Source of the DNA: Eubacteriales bacterium
GTDB lineage: Bacteria > Bacillota > Clostridia > Oscillospirales > CAG-272
NCBI GenBank assembly: GCA_045586845.1
Contig: JAZNBB010000022.1
Span: 10,382-74,381, forward strand
Direction of reading: 5' to 3'
DNA length: 64,000 bases
The number at the start of each line of letters is the position of its first letter. Position 1 is the stretch's first letter. The notes under the pieces are model-generated. The model was not told the origin of the DNA. It worked only from the letters and a program-made list of their open reading frames with translations, and made no database searches. The translations under genes and the position numbers were made by a program. Below, one piece after another: positions 36,877 through 45,198 of this stretch.

Positions 36877-38412
36877 ATGAAAAAGAGAATATTTGCTGCG
36901 TTGGTGTGCTTGGCATTGGTCTGCTCCTTTGCCGCTTGCGATATGGAGTTTGGCGGTCTTGTGGGTGAACTGTTGGGCGATTTGAATCTGCCCACTGATA
37001 TCGAAGGCAGACCTCTGCCCGATGAAATACTGTCCGATTGGGCGGAGAGCGGAACTATGCCTGCCGAAACGTGGTGGGATGAAGAGACTGTTTACGATGA
37101 AACGGTTGCCCCCAATGACAGACCGGATTTTCAGTATTCATACCGCTTGTACGAGAATCAGACCTTGACCGTGCTGGGTCAGAATACGATCGATCTTGGA
37201 CTTGATGAGTTCTCGGAAAATGCTTTGGAGAGCAGTAGCTATCAGCGTAATCAGCGCATGGAGAAAGTTTTTGGTATTCATGTGGAAACTCTGATGGCGG
37301 AGAGTGGCGAACTTGAAGCGCTTGTCAAAAACGATGTTGTTTCCGGAACGAGAGATTTTGATGTTGTTATGGGCGATATGGCAGACACAGGCGCCTCGCT
37401 TGCACAAAGCAGTGTATTGCTCAATCTGTACGACCTGCCGTATCTGGATCTTTCAACCACGAGCTGGGATGCAAGCGTCAATGAAGGCTTGGCAATTGGC
37501 AACTACCTGCCCATGGCAACGGGCGTTGTTACGCCCACTGCCTATTTGCATACATCTTTGATCTTAAACAATAAGCCAATAGCCGATAATTGCGGAATTG
37601 ACGTCTATGATTACGTGCGGACCGGTGGCTGGACGATTGATAAGATGAACGCCATGGCAGAGCTTTGTTACACGGATCTGAACGGAGATGCCCGTATCGA
37701 TCAAGAAGATGTCTTGGGCTTAGTTGCTACATATGACTGTGCAAACGCATTTGCAGTTGCAACCGATACCATGCTGATTGCGAAAGATGCGGATAATATG
37801 CCTGTGCTCAATACGGATGGAATGGACCGTTTGGCGGCTGCATATGAAAGCGTCTATAACCTGCTGTTTGCTAACGGTGTGTTGTATTTTTCCTCGATGC
37901 AAGATGCGCCGGGATCGGGTGCTGCAAAATCTGTTTTTGAGCAAGGCAACACGATGTTTTATGCTACCACCGTTCAAGATGCGATGCAGGTCAATGATAT
38001 GAATGTACAGATGGGCATTCTGCCTTTCCCGAAGCTGAACGAAGAACAGGAAAGCTATCGTTCTTACGTCAATTGTAGTTCAACCGCCGTGATGGTTCCC
38101 ATTGATGTTGATAAGGATTTTGTAGGATATGTGCTGGAGGCACTGGTGTACGCAACCGACGATGCGTACACGATCACCGTATCGAACAGACTTGTCAGGA
38201 GTGAACAGGATCAGGAAATGCTGGACCTTGTGCTGGAAGGCAAGACCCTGGATTTTGGCAGCAACTATCTGTTGACTGCTACGGGCGGGACGGTGCAGTG
38301 CTTCAAAATTGCCCTTGAGCAGAAGAATCCCACGATCATGAGCTTGTATAAGCAGTACCAAAAGGTGTTGAGCAAGTATTTGGAACAGATGGTTGACTCT
38401 ATTCCGAGCTGA
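36877..38412 (+). CDS. Solute-binding-protein-fold lipoprotein, divergent paralog 4
   Basis: Lipobox FAAC. Same length class and collinear weaker matches (DLNGDA, MGILPFPK, shared GGLVGELLG after the lipobox Cys). RBS gggagg. Confidence 0.6.
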   Translation: MKKRIFAALVCLALVCSFAACDMEFGGLVGELLGDLNLPTDIEGRPLPDEILSDWAESGTMPAETWWDEETVYDETVAPNDRPDFQYSYRLYENQTLTVLGQNTIDLGLDEFSENALESSSYQRNQRMEKVFGIHVETLMAESGELEALVKNDVVSGTRDFDVVMGDMADTGASLAQSSVLLNLYDLPYLDLSTTSWDASVNEGLAIGNYLPMATGVVTPTAYLHTSLILNNKPIADNCGIDVYDYVRTGGWTIDKMNAMAELCYTDLNGDARIDQEDVLGLVATYDCANAFAVATDTMLIAKDADNMPVLNTDGMDRLAAAYESVYNLLFANGVLYFSSMQDAPGSGAAKSVFEQGNTMFYATTVQDAMQVNDMNVQMGILPFPKLNEEQESYRSYVNCSSTAVMVPIDVDKDFVGYVLEALVYATDDAYTITVSNRLVRSEQDQEMLDLVLEGKTLDFGSNYLLTATGGTVQCFKIALEQKNPTIMSLYKQYQKVLSKYLEQMVDSIPS

Positions 38413-38422
38413 AATAAAATGA

Positions 38423-38460
38423 CAAAGGGCTGCTCGCTTGTCGAGCAGCCCTTTGTTTTA
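38423..38460 (+). terminator. Rho-independent terminator after paralog 4
   Basis: 14-bp stem CAAAGGGCTGCTCG (38423-38436) pairs with CGAGCAGCCCTTTG (38442-38455). Followed by TTTTA. Confidence 0.75.
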
Positions 38461-38534
38461 TCTGCATTTGATGTGACGAATATCACTTTCTGTGCATATT
38501 GTGGCAGAATTTACAATTCCGGGGTGACAAAGTA

Positions 38535-38563
38535 TTTACAATATGACAAAAATATGGTATAAT
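38535..38563 (+). promoter_or_regulatory. sigma-A promoter of the CotH/RCC1 gene
   Basis: TTTACA (38535-38540), 17-nt spacer, extended -10 TGgTATAAT (38555-38563). Confidence 0.6.
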
Positions 38564-38624
38564 TAGAGATCGATAAAGAAGATGATAGCTTATGATATAA
38601 ATTCGTTTTGTAAGGAGGATATCC

Positions 38625-41600
38625 ATGAAACACAGAATATCCCTCAAAGCCGTTTTTTCGCTGCTTTTAGCACTGATTTTGCTGATGGGTATGCTGGCTG
38701 CATGTCGGTCCGATAAGCCATCTGACAGCACCGCCGAGGATGATACACAGGATCCCGAACAAACCACCGCGCCCGACCAAGAGGAGATTACACAGCCGGG
38801 AGGAGAGGAGCAAACCACGGGTGACGAGCTCCTGCAGCCCGATGATCCAACTTACGAGGTCGCCAAGAATTTCAAGGACGTGCTGATCAGTGCAGTCTAC
38901 GGAACGGGGCAAAATAAAGATGCTGCGGTAGGGCATGGTTTTATTCAGTTATATAACACGGGTACTGAGAGCGTGTCTTTGTCGGATGCTGCGCTTTATT
39001 ACCGCGAGGATGCCAATGATGACTACAGACAATTTGCGTTTGCAGATGATGCAAGCATAGCTCCGGGCGGATATTATTTGATCCGTATGCAGGCAGCAAG
39101 AGAAAAGAACGGCGAGGCGTATGACGAAAGCTTTGCTGTACTTGCTGTTGAGTCGTTTGATGCCGAATGGGCAGTCATCCTTGACAATAAGGATATTCAA
39201 CTTTCACTTGCCCCCGCAGGGCAGGAGGTAAGCCGGGATACCGCCGTGGAAGAAATCAACGGTACCGTCTCGTATTTTGTTGCCGCCGAGCTTGGCTATA
39301 GCAGTCATTTTGCCGTGGATAATATGTCCAAGAGCAAGGTGGCGGTGCGCACCGCACTCAAGCATTACAGTGGCTTCCACAAGGTCAATCTGAATGAATC
39401 CACGACCGCGCAGTTGGAAAAGGTTTGCCCCAAGAGCGGGGCGGGCGACAATACTGTGGTCGGCTCACGCGTCAGCGAGGTACTGTTCTCGGCTGATGCG
39501 GGCATTTATGCGCAGGGCTTTTGGCTGGAATTGCGTGCCAAGGACGGATATAAGATATATTACACCACTGATGGTTCCGATCCCAAGGTGCACGGTACGG
39601 AATATACCGCTTCCATTCCTTTGGCAGATTCCTCTTCGGTTGCCCCGGGCGCAACCATCAAGGGTGCGGCTTCTGCTATGGGCAGCGATTACGGCGCAAG
39701 AAGCGATACGTTGCCGGGAGGCTATGTGATCAAGGCATATGCCACCAACGGTACGGACTCTACCGACGTCTTTACCAATACGTACTTTATTTCCGATACC
39801 TTTTACGAATATGGTGTGACTATGATGTCACTTTCCATGGATAAGAATCTGATCTATGGAAATGAGGGCTTCTACAACCACTATTACGGTACAGGAGACC
39901 AGAAAAATCAGCGACAGACGGGAATGCTTGAGGTTTTTTCGGCGGACGGTCAGCGTCACGGCAGCTCTTACGTGGAGCTTGCCATCAGCGGACACGGCTC
40001 CTCGGGCTGGGCAATGAAGTCGATGCGCGTGTATTATAAGAGCGCTAACAACACCGCCGTGGGTACGGACGGAGATCTTAATTACGATCTGTTTGGCGGC
40101 TACGCCCGCGATGATAACGGCTATGCCATCACCGATTTCTCGCGTCTTTTATTGCGTAACTCGGGCAACGACTGTATGGATTCCTTTATCCGTGACGCGT
40201 ATATGCAGCGCGTTTGCAAGGATATGGACGTGTATACCATGGCATACGTACCTGTGTTGATGTTTATCAACGGAGAGTTCTGGGGTGTTTACAACGCGCG
40301 TGAGCGTTACAGTCCCGAATACGTGGAATCCCACACAGGAGCAGATAAGGCAAATATTGCTATCATAGAGAGCGATTACGACGGATTGGTACTTGAGGGC
40401 AACGGAAATGCGCCCTTTATCCCCATGGAGTCTACGCAAGCGGATGCCGATGAGTTTAATGCTATCGTAAAATATATCCGTACGCATGATCTGTCGGTCG
40501 AGGAGCATTATCAGTACGTAGCGGAGCGTATTGATATCAATTCCTTTATGGATATGTACGTTGCGCGCCTGTTCTTCAATGCACGCGACTGGCCCGAAAA
40601 CAATATCAAGGTGTTTAAAAACCGTGTGGAGGGTGATCTCTCGGGTACGGATACCAAGTGGTATTTTACGCTGTTGGATATGGATATGGGTATCGCCATG
40701 TATCCCGAGGGGCACTGGGCGGATACCTCGGAAAAAGCCAACTTTTTTGGTTGGATCGACTCAACCGGTACCGTCGTAGGTACCATTATGCATGGACTGT
40801 GCAAGAACCAAGGCTTCAAGCAGACATTCATCTCTCGCTTTGCGTATGTGGTGGATCAGATCCTGACGCCCGAAAATCTGAAAGCCGAGCTTGATACAAT
40901 GGTGGCAGAGCGCGAGCCGCTGGTCGAGCTGCAGAAAATGCGCTGGGGTGCATCCGAGTCGCAGTACCGCACGTCGATCGATAATATGTATAAGTTTATC
41001 CAAGGCAGAGAGCAGTACGTCATCCCCATGCTGTGCTCTTATTTCGGCATTTCACCCGAGGATCTGCAGATCGGCACCGAAAAAAAGGTGGTGGTCAGCT
41101 TCAATTCCGAGCGCGCGAGCGTCACTTTTAACGGCGAAGCCGTGTCCGAGTCGGGCACAGAATACGTATTTGAGGTCGATCCGAACAAACAAAGTGTGAC
41201 TTTTGAGATTGCTGCAACTGCCAAAGAGGGGTACAGTATTGCTTCGATTATGTTTATGCCTTCTGTGGGCGAGGTCCAAACGGTGCAAGGCGATCAGGCA
41301 GAGTTTACCGTTACGTCGTCCGGTACGGTAGTGGTCAACACCAAATCCAATGGCGCGCAGTCTCCCGTGGCAGGCGTACAGAGCGGGATTACTGCAAGCG
41401 CACATTCATCGTATTATCTGACCGAGACGGGTGACCTGTATGCCTGGGGAATGAACAAAAATGGTATTTTGGGCATTCCGGGTAACAGCAGCGTATCAGT
41501 GCCCACGCTGGTGGCGTCTGGGGTTGCCAAGGTGGAGGTTTGCCACAGCAACGATGCTGAGAATAATAACAATGATACCATGATGGCGTATCTGACATTG

Positions 41601-42416
41601 GACGGCGAGCTTTACACAGTTGGCTGCAACAGTGCAGGACAGCTTGGCAGAAACGGCACGACAACTGATGACCGAGTCGGACTTGTGAAGTTTGATAAAA
41701 AGATCAAGGACATCAGCGTCGGGCATGACCACTTGCTGGTGCTTGATGAGGAAGGTGTACTATGGGGTGTTGGTTCCAATACTTACGGGCAACTTGGCAA
41801 AAGCAACGATGGCGGTACTACCACTAAATTTCAGATGGTAGCAAGTGGTGTCAAGCTGATCGCGGCGGGACGCAGAAATACGTTCTATACCGACGCAAAT
41901 AACACTTGTTACGTGCTTGGTGATAACCGCTGGCAGAAGTTTGGAAAGGATGCGGAAAAGTATAGCACACCGCATCAGCTGCTCAAGAACGTGACGTATA
42001 TGTCCACGGGAGAGCATCAGGTCGTGATGGTGACTGCAAACGGTGATTTGTATTATGCAGGTTGGCGTACCCTTAATGGCTGGGGACAAGGTCAGGGCGC
42101 AGGCGGCGCGGTCAAGCTGACAAGCAGCGTCAAAAAGGCGGTGTTGCATCATAGCAATATGCTGATTCTCAAGACCGATGGCTCGGTTTGGGGCTATGGA
42201 AACAATATGGGCGGTGCCATGGGCAGCGTCAGCGCAACCTCGGGTACGCCGGGCAAGATCATTTCAAGCGGCGTAGCGGATATTGCGTCCGGCTACCAGT
42301 TCAGTATGTTCTTGCATCAGGATGGCAGCATCAAGGTTCAGGGTGACAATGCGCACGGTCAGGCAGGTAATGGCAAGACCGGCGGCAGTGCCAATATGGC
42401 GCAGGCACTCTTCTAA
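38625..42416 (+). CDS. Large lipoprotein: lamin-tail domain + CotH atypical kinase domain + RCC1-like beta-propeller
   Basis: RBS aaggagg and lipobox LAAC. LTD-like segment (VLISAVYGTG...GFIQLYNTGTESVSLSDAALYY). IYYTTDGSDP module. CotH-like core (LLLRNSGNDCMDSFIRDAYM...VLMFINGEFWGVYNARERY...ARDWPENNIKVFKN...YFTLLDMDMG). Seven C-terminal repeats with the xxGxNxxGQLG pattern. Confidence 0.75.
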   Translation: MKHRISLKAVFSLLLALILLMGMLAACRSDKPSDSTAEDDTQDPEQTTAPDQEEITQPGGEEQTTGDELLQPDDPTYEVAKNFKDVLISAVYGTGQNKDAAVGHGFIQLYNTGTESVSLSDAALYYREDANDDYRQFAFADDASIAPGGYYLIRMQAAREKNGEAYDESFAVLAVESFDAEWAVILDNKDIQLSLAPAGQEVSRDTAVEEINGTVSYFVAAELGYSSHFAVDNMSKSKVAVRTALKHYSGFHKVNLNESTTAQLEKVCPKSGAGDNTVVGSRVSEVLFSADAGIYAQGFWLELRAKDGYKIYYTTDGSDPKVHGTEYTASIPLADSSSVAPGATIKGAASAMGSDYGARSDTLPGGYVIKAYATNGTDSTDVFTNTYFISDTFYEYGVTMMSLSMDKNLIYGNEGFYNHYYGTGDQKNQRQTGMLEVFSADGQRHGSSYVELAISGHGSSGWAMKSMRVYYKSANNTAVGTDGDLNYDLFGGYARDDNGYAITDFSRLLLRNSGNDCMDSFIRDAYMQRVCKDMDVYTMAYVPVLMFINGEFWGVYNARERYSPEYVESHTGADKANIAIIESDYDGLVLEGNGNAPFIPMESTQADADEFNAIVKYIRTHDLSVEEHYQYVAERIDINSFMDMYVARLFFNARDWPENNIKVFKNRVEGDLSGTDTKWYFTLLDMDMGIAMYPEGHWADTSEKANFFGWIDSTGTVVGTIMHGLCKNQGFKQTFISRFAYVVDQILTPENLKAELDTMVAEREPLVELQKMRWGASESQYRTSIDNMYKFIQGREQYVIPMLCSYFGISPEDLQIGTEKKVVVSFNSERASVTFNGEAVSESGTEYVFEVDPNKQSVTFEIAATAKEGYSIASIMFMPSVGEVQTVQGDQAEFTVTSSGTVVVNTKSNGAQSPVAGVQSGITASAHSSYYLTETGDLYAWGMNKNGILGIPGNSSVSVPTLVASGVAKVEVCHSNDAENNNNDTMMAYLTLDGELYTVGCNSAGQLGRNGTTTDDRVGLVKFDKKIKDISVGHDHLLVLDEEGVLWGVGSNTYGQLGKSNDGGTTTKFQMVASGVKLIAAGRRNTFYTDANNTCYVLGDNRWQKFGKDAEKYSTPHQLLKNVTYMSTGEHQVVMVTANGDLYYAGWRTLNGWGQGQGAGGAVKLTSSVKKAVLHHSNMLILKTDGSVWGYGNNMGGAMGSVSATSGTPGKIISSGVADIASGYQFSMFLHQDGSIKVQGDNAHGQAGNGKTGGSANMAQALF

Positions 42417-42420
42417 ATCA

Positions 42421-42449
42421 AAAAATCCTTGCAATCGCAAGGATTTTTT
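42421..42449. terminator. Symmetric (bidirectional-type) terminator after the CotH/RCC1 gene
   Basis: AAAAATCCTTGC, loop AATC, GCAAGGATTTTT. The A-run and T-run flank an 8-bp GC-containing stem. Confidence 0.8.
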
Positions 42450-42592
42450 GATTTAACAGCGTCTTTAGGCGTAATATCATTGCGCGAAGCACAAAAATTT
42501 TCGCTCCGGCTATCAATCTGCCCCGAATCTTTCACGCTTGGTTCATAATTGTATGCTATAATGCGCACAATACGTCAAGAGAGAGAAACATC

Positions 42593-43051
42593 ATGTCTAA
42601 ATTTCAGGAAAAGATTTATCAATTCATGTACGGTCGCTACGGCACGGACAGGCTGAACCGTGTGCTGTCGGTCGCATCGTTGGTTATTTTGGCGGTGTCG
42701 CTCCCCGTGTCATGGATATGGGGCAGAACCTTGCCCGGCATCATCGTATCGCTCGTTTTGTATACCGGGTCGCTTGGTATCTGCATCTGGGCTACCGCGC
42801 GCACCTTTTCGAGAAAGATCTGCAAAAGGCAGGCGGAAAACGCTAAATGGGTAGCGTTTGAATACAAGCTGCGCTGCCTGTTCCGCAGACACAACGGTAA
42901 TAAAGACACCGATACGCACGTATTCCGCGACTGCCCCAAGTGTAAGGCGACTCTGCGCCTACCACGGCAGCAGGGAAAGCATACCGTGCGCTGTCCGCGC
43001 TGCGCAAAGACCTTCACCGTTCGCGTCAGAGCACCGAAAAAGAGAAAATAA
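42593..43051 (+). CDS. Small membrane protein with a C-terminal zinc ribbon
   Basis: 152 aa. Two predicted TM helices, then CPKC...(15 aa)...CPRC and a basic tail KKRK. Confidence 0.6.
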   Translation: MSKFQEKIYQFMYGRYGTDRLNRVLSVASLVILAVSLPVSWIWGRTLPGIIVSLVLYTGSLGICIWATARTFSRKICKRQAENAKWVAFEYKLRCLFRRHNGNKDTDTHVFRDCPKCKATLRLPRQQGKHTVRCPRCAKTFTVRVRAPKKRK

Positions 43052-43059
43052 AATAAAGA

Positions 43060-43090
43060 ACCTCCATCGGGCAGTCGGTGGAGGTCTTTT
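43060..43090 (+). terminator. Rho-independent terminator
   Basis: 10-bp stem ACCTCCATCG with CGGTGGAGGT (one G-U pair), 6-nt loop, followed by CTTTT. Confidence 0.65.
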
Positions 43091-43219
43091 ATATAAAGAC
43101 CGCATCCGTCGGTCATTTTTCTTTGCTTTTTTCCCGGGAAGCGTGTATAAGATCACACCTACAGCTTGTCATACCCACGGACAAGACCGCATATATTGCT
43201 GTGAAAGGTGGTGAGCAGT

Positions 43220-44152
43220 ATGCGGAGTGTGATGGTCAACAGGGCAGAGGACACGGGCGTGGAGCGACGCACATATCTGCCGCCGAGTGTGATCAGGATG
43301 CTGCCCGAGCGCCTTGTCTCCGAGCTGTATGCGGGGCATTTGCCCGAGCATATCGAGGAGATAAGGCTGCATACCGGGCGGTGTGCAAGCGTAGTGGCGG
43401 GTGGGCGCAATATTCTTTTGCGCACGGTGCTCAGTGCCCAGGAAATGACCGCAACACTGACGCGTATGTGCGGCGGGTCGCTGTATTCGCATGCTCCTAC
43501 CATTGCAGAGGGGTATCTGACGCTGGACGGTGGTGTGCGCGTGGGCGTATGCGGCAGGGCTGCTTGCGAGCAGGGCGAGGTGATCGGGGTGTATGACGTA
43601 TCCGGGCTTTGCATCCGTATTCCCGCGCATTTTGCGGTAAGCGGCAGGGAGATCTGCAATCTCATGCAGAAATACCGCTACACCAAGGGCGTGCTGATTT
43701 ATTCACCGCCCGGCGTCGGCAAAACAACGCTGCTTCGCGGCGTTGCCACATCACTTGCCTCCGGGGAGGACCCGAGGCGCGTGGTGGTGATCGATACGCG
43801 CGGCGAGATGCCGTTTTTGCAGACCGGCGTATCACTTTGCCTGGATGTGTTGGTGGGGTATCCGCGTTACCTTGGGGTGGAGATAGCTTGCCGCACCATG
43901 AATGCACAGGTCATGATCTGCGATGAGATCGGGGATTATCAAGAGGCACTCTCTCTTGCATCGGTGCAGAATTGCGGCGTTCCGTTGGTGGCGACTGCGC
44001 ACGCGTCGTCCGTTGAGGAGCTGCTGTGCCGCACGGGGCTGCGGCTGTTGCATGATTGCAAAATGTTTGGCGCATACGTGGGCATTTCACGCCGCGAGGG
44101 TGGTTTTTCCTATCACGTAACCGATTGGGAGAGCGCGGATGCTTGCCTTTAA
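43220..44152 (+). CDS. spoIIIAA: Stage III sporulation protein AA (ATPase)
   Basis: Walker A SPPGVGKTTLLR, Walker B-like VMICDEIG. First gene of an eight-gene spoIIIA-like operon. The ATG at 43220 follows gaaaggtgg. Confidence 0.85.
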   Translation: MRSVMVNRAEDTGVERRTYLPPSVIRMLPERLVSELYAGHLPEHIEEIRLHTGRCASVVAGGRNILLRTVLSAQEMTATLTRMCGGSLYSHAPTIAEGYLTLDGGVRVGVCGRAACEQGEVIGVYDVSGLCIRIPAHFAVSGREICNLMQKYRYTKGVLIYSPPGVGKTTLLRGVATSLASGEDPRRVVVIDTRGEMPFLQTGVSLCLDVLVGYPRYLGVEIACRTMNAQVMICDEIGDYQEALSLASVQNCGVPLVATAHASSVEELLCRTGLRLLHDCKMFGAYVGISRREGGFSYHVTDWESADACL

Positions 44153-44615
44153 GCTTGTAGGGGCTTTTTTGGTGCTGGCAAGCGGTACGGGACTTGCCAT
44201 CGGTGCTGCTAGATACGAGCGAGTGCGGCTGCAGGTGCACGACGCTCTGATCTCACTGATTTTTTTTATCAAAGGGCGTATCGATTGCTATGCTATGCCT
44301 GTAGAGCAGATCATGCTAGGGATGGATAAGGGGATTTTGGCTGATTGCAGATGCCCGGGACAGGTAGATTCGATCGAGGCACTGCTACCGTATGTCAAAG
44401 CTTACCTTGACCCCGAGACCTATCGCGTGCTGCAAAGCTTTGGTACCGGGCTGGGCGGCGGTTTTCGTGACGAGCAGATCAAGCGGTGCGATTATTATAT
44501 TGAGCTTTTGCGTGAAAAGCGTATGCAGCTGGAAGCGGAGTTGCCCGCCAGAGCAAAAACGAACGGAGCGATATGGATCTTGTGCGCCGCGGGCGCGGTG
44601 ATCCTTCTTTGGTAG
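44139..44615 (+). CDS. spoIIIAB: Stage III sporulation protein AB
   Basis: 158 aa with an N-terminal TM helix. Position and size match SpoIIIAB. Overlaps spoIIIAA by 14 nt. Confidence 0.8.
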   Translation: MLAFKLVGAFLVLASGTGLAIGAARYERVRLQVHDALISLIFFIKGRIDCYAMPVEQIMLGMDKGILADCRCPGQVDSIEALLPYVKAYLDPETYRVLQSFGTGLGGGFRDEQIKRCDYYIELLREKRMQLEAELPARAKTNGAIWILCAAGAVILLW

Positions 44616-44617
44616 AT

Positions 44618-44812
44618 ATGGAAGTTGGATTGATCTTAAAGGTGGCAGGCGTAGGGCTTTTGGTCTCGGTTGCCACACAGATCTTGAATAAATCGGGCAG
44701 GGATGAGCAGGCAACGCTGGTGACGATCGCAGGCATTGTTGTGGTGCTTTTGATGCTGGTAGAGCAGATCGGCGAGCTTTTCTCGCTGGTGTACGCTACC
44801 TTTGGCTTTTGA
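44618..44812 (+). CDS. spoIIIAC: Stage III sporulation protein AC
   Basis: 64-aa two-TM protein (ILKVAGVGLLVSVATQILNKSGRDEQA...), typical of SpoIIIAC. Confidence 0.8.
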   Translation: MEVGLILKVAGVGLLVSVATQILNKSGRDEQATLVTIAGIVVVLLMLVEQIGELFSLVYATFGF

Positions 44813-44820
44813 GCGTGGAT

Positions 44821-45198
44821 ATGCTCAGGATATGCGGCATTGCCATGCTGTGCCTTGCCGCCGTATGGATACTCAAGCAATACAAAGCCGAGATGGTGCT
44901 GCCTGTGCGTGCCGCGGGCACAGTGCTTATTTTTTTTATGGTTCTGAGTGCAGCACAGCCCATCATAGAAATGATAGGCAGCTTGTCTGAGCAAAGCCTG
45001 CCTGCCGAGCATGGGGAGATATTGCTCTCGGGGCTGGGGATCACGCTGCTCTCCGCCCTTGGCGCGGGTATCTGCCGTGATTTTGGTGAAGCGGGATTGG
45101 CGACCGCCTTGGAAAGCGCAGGTAAAGTCGCGGTGGTACTGCAGGCACTGCCGCTGATCACGGAAATATTGGGCATGACAAAGGAGCTTTTATCGTGA
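44821..45198 (+). CDS. spoIIIAD: Stage III sporulation protein AD
   Basis: ~125-aa polytopic membrane protein in the AD position. The start could also be the TTG at 44809 or the GTG at 44815. Confidence 0.75.
   Translation: MLRICGIAMLCLAAVWILKQYKAEMVLPVRAAGTVLIFFMVLSAAQPIIEMIGSLSEQSLPAEHGEILLSGLGITLLSALGAGICRDFGEAGLATALESAGKVAVVLQALPLITEILGMTKELLS

Noticed and set aside
43120-43219. Possible sigma-E type promoter (GTATAAG ... CATACCCA) upstream of spoIIIAA.
   Set aside because: A CATAC -10-like element is present, but its spacing to the ATA-type -35 is about 20 nt by my count, longer than the consensus. It is too uncertain to annotate.
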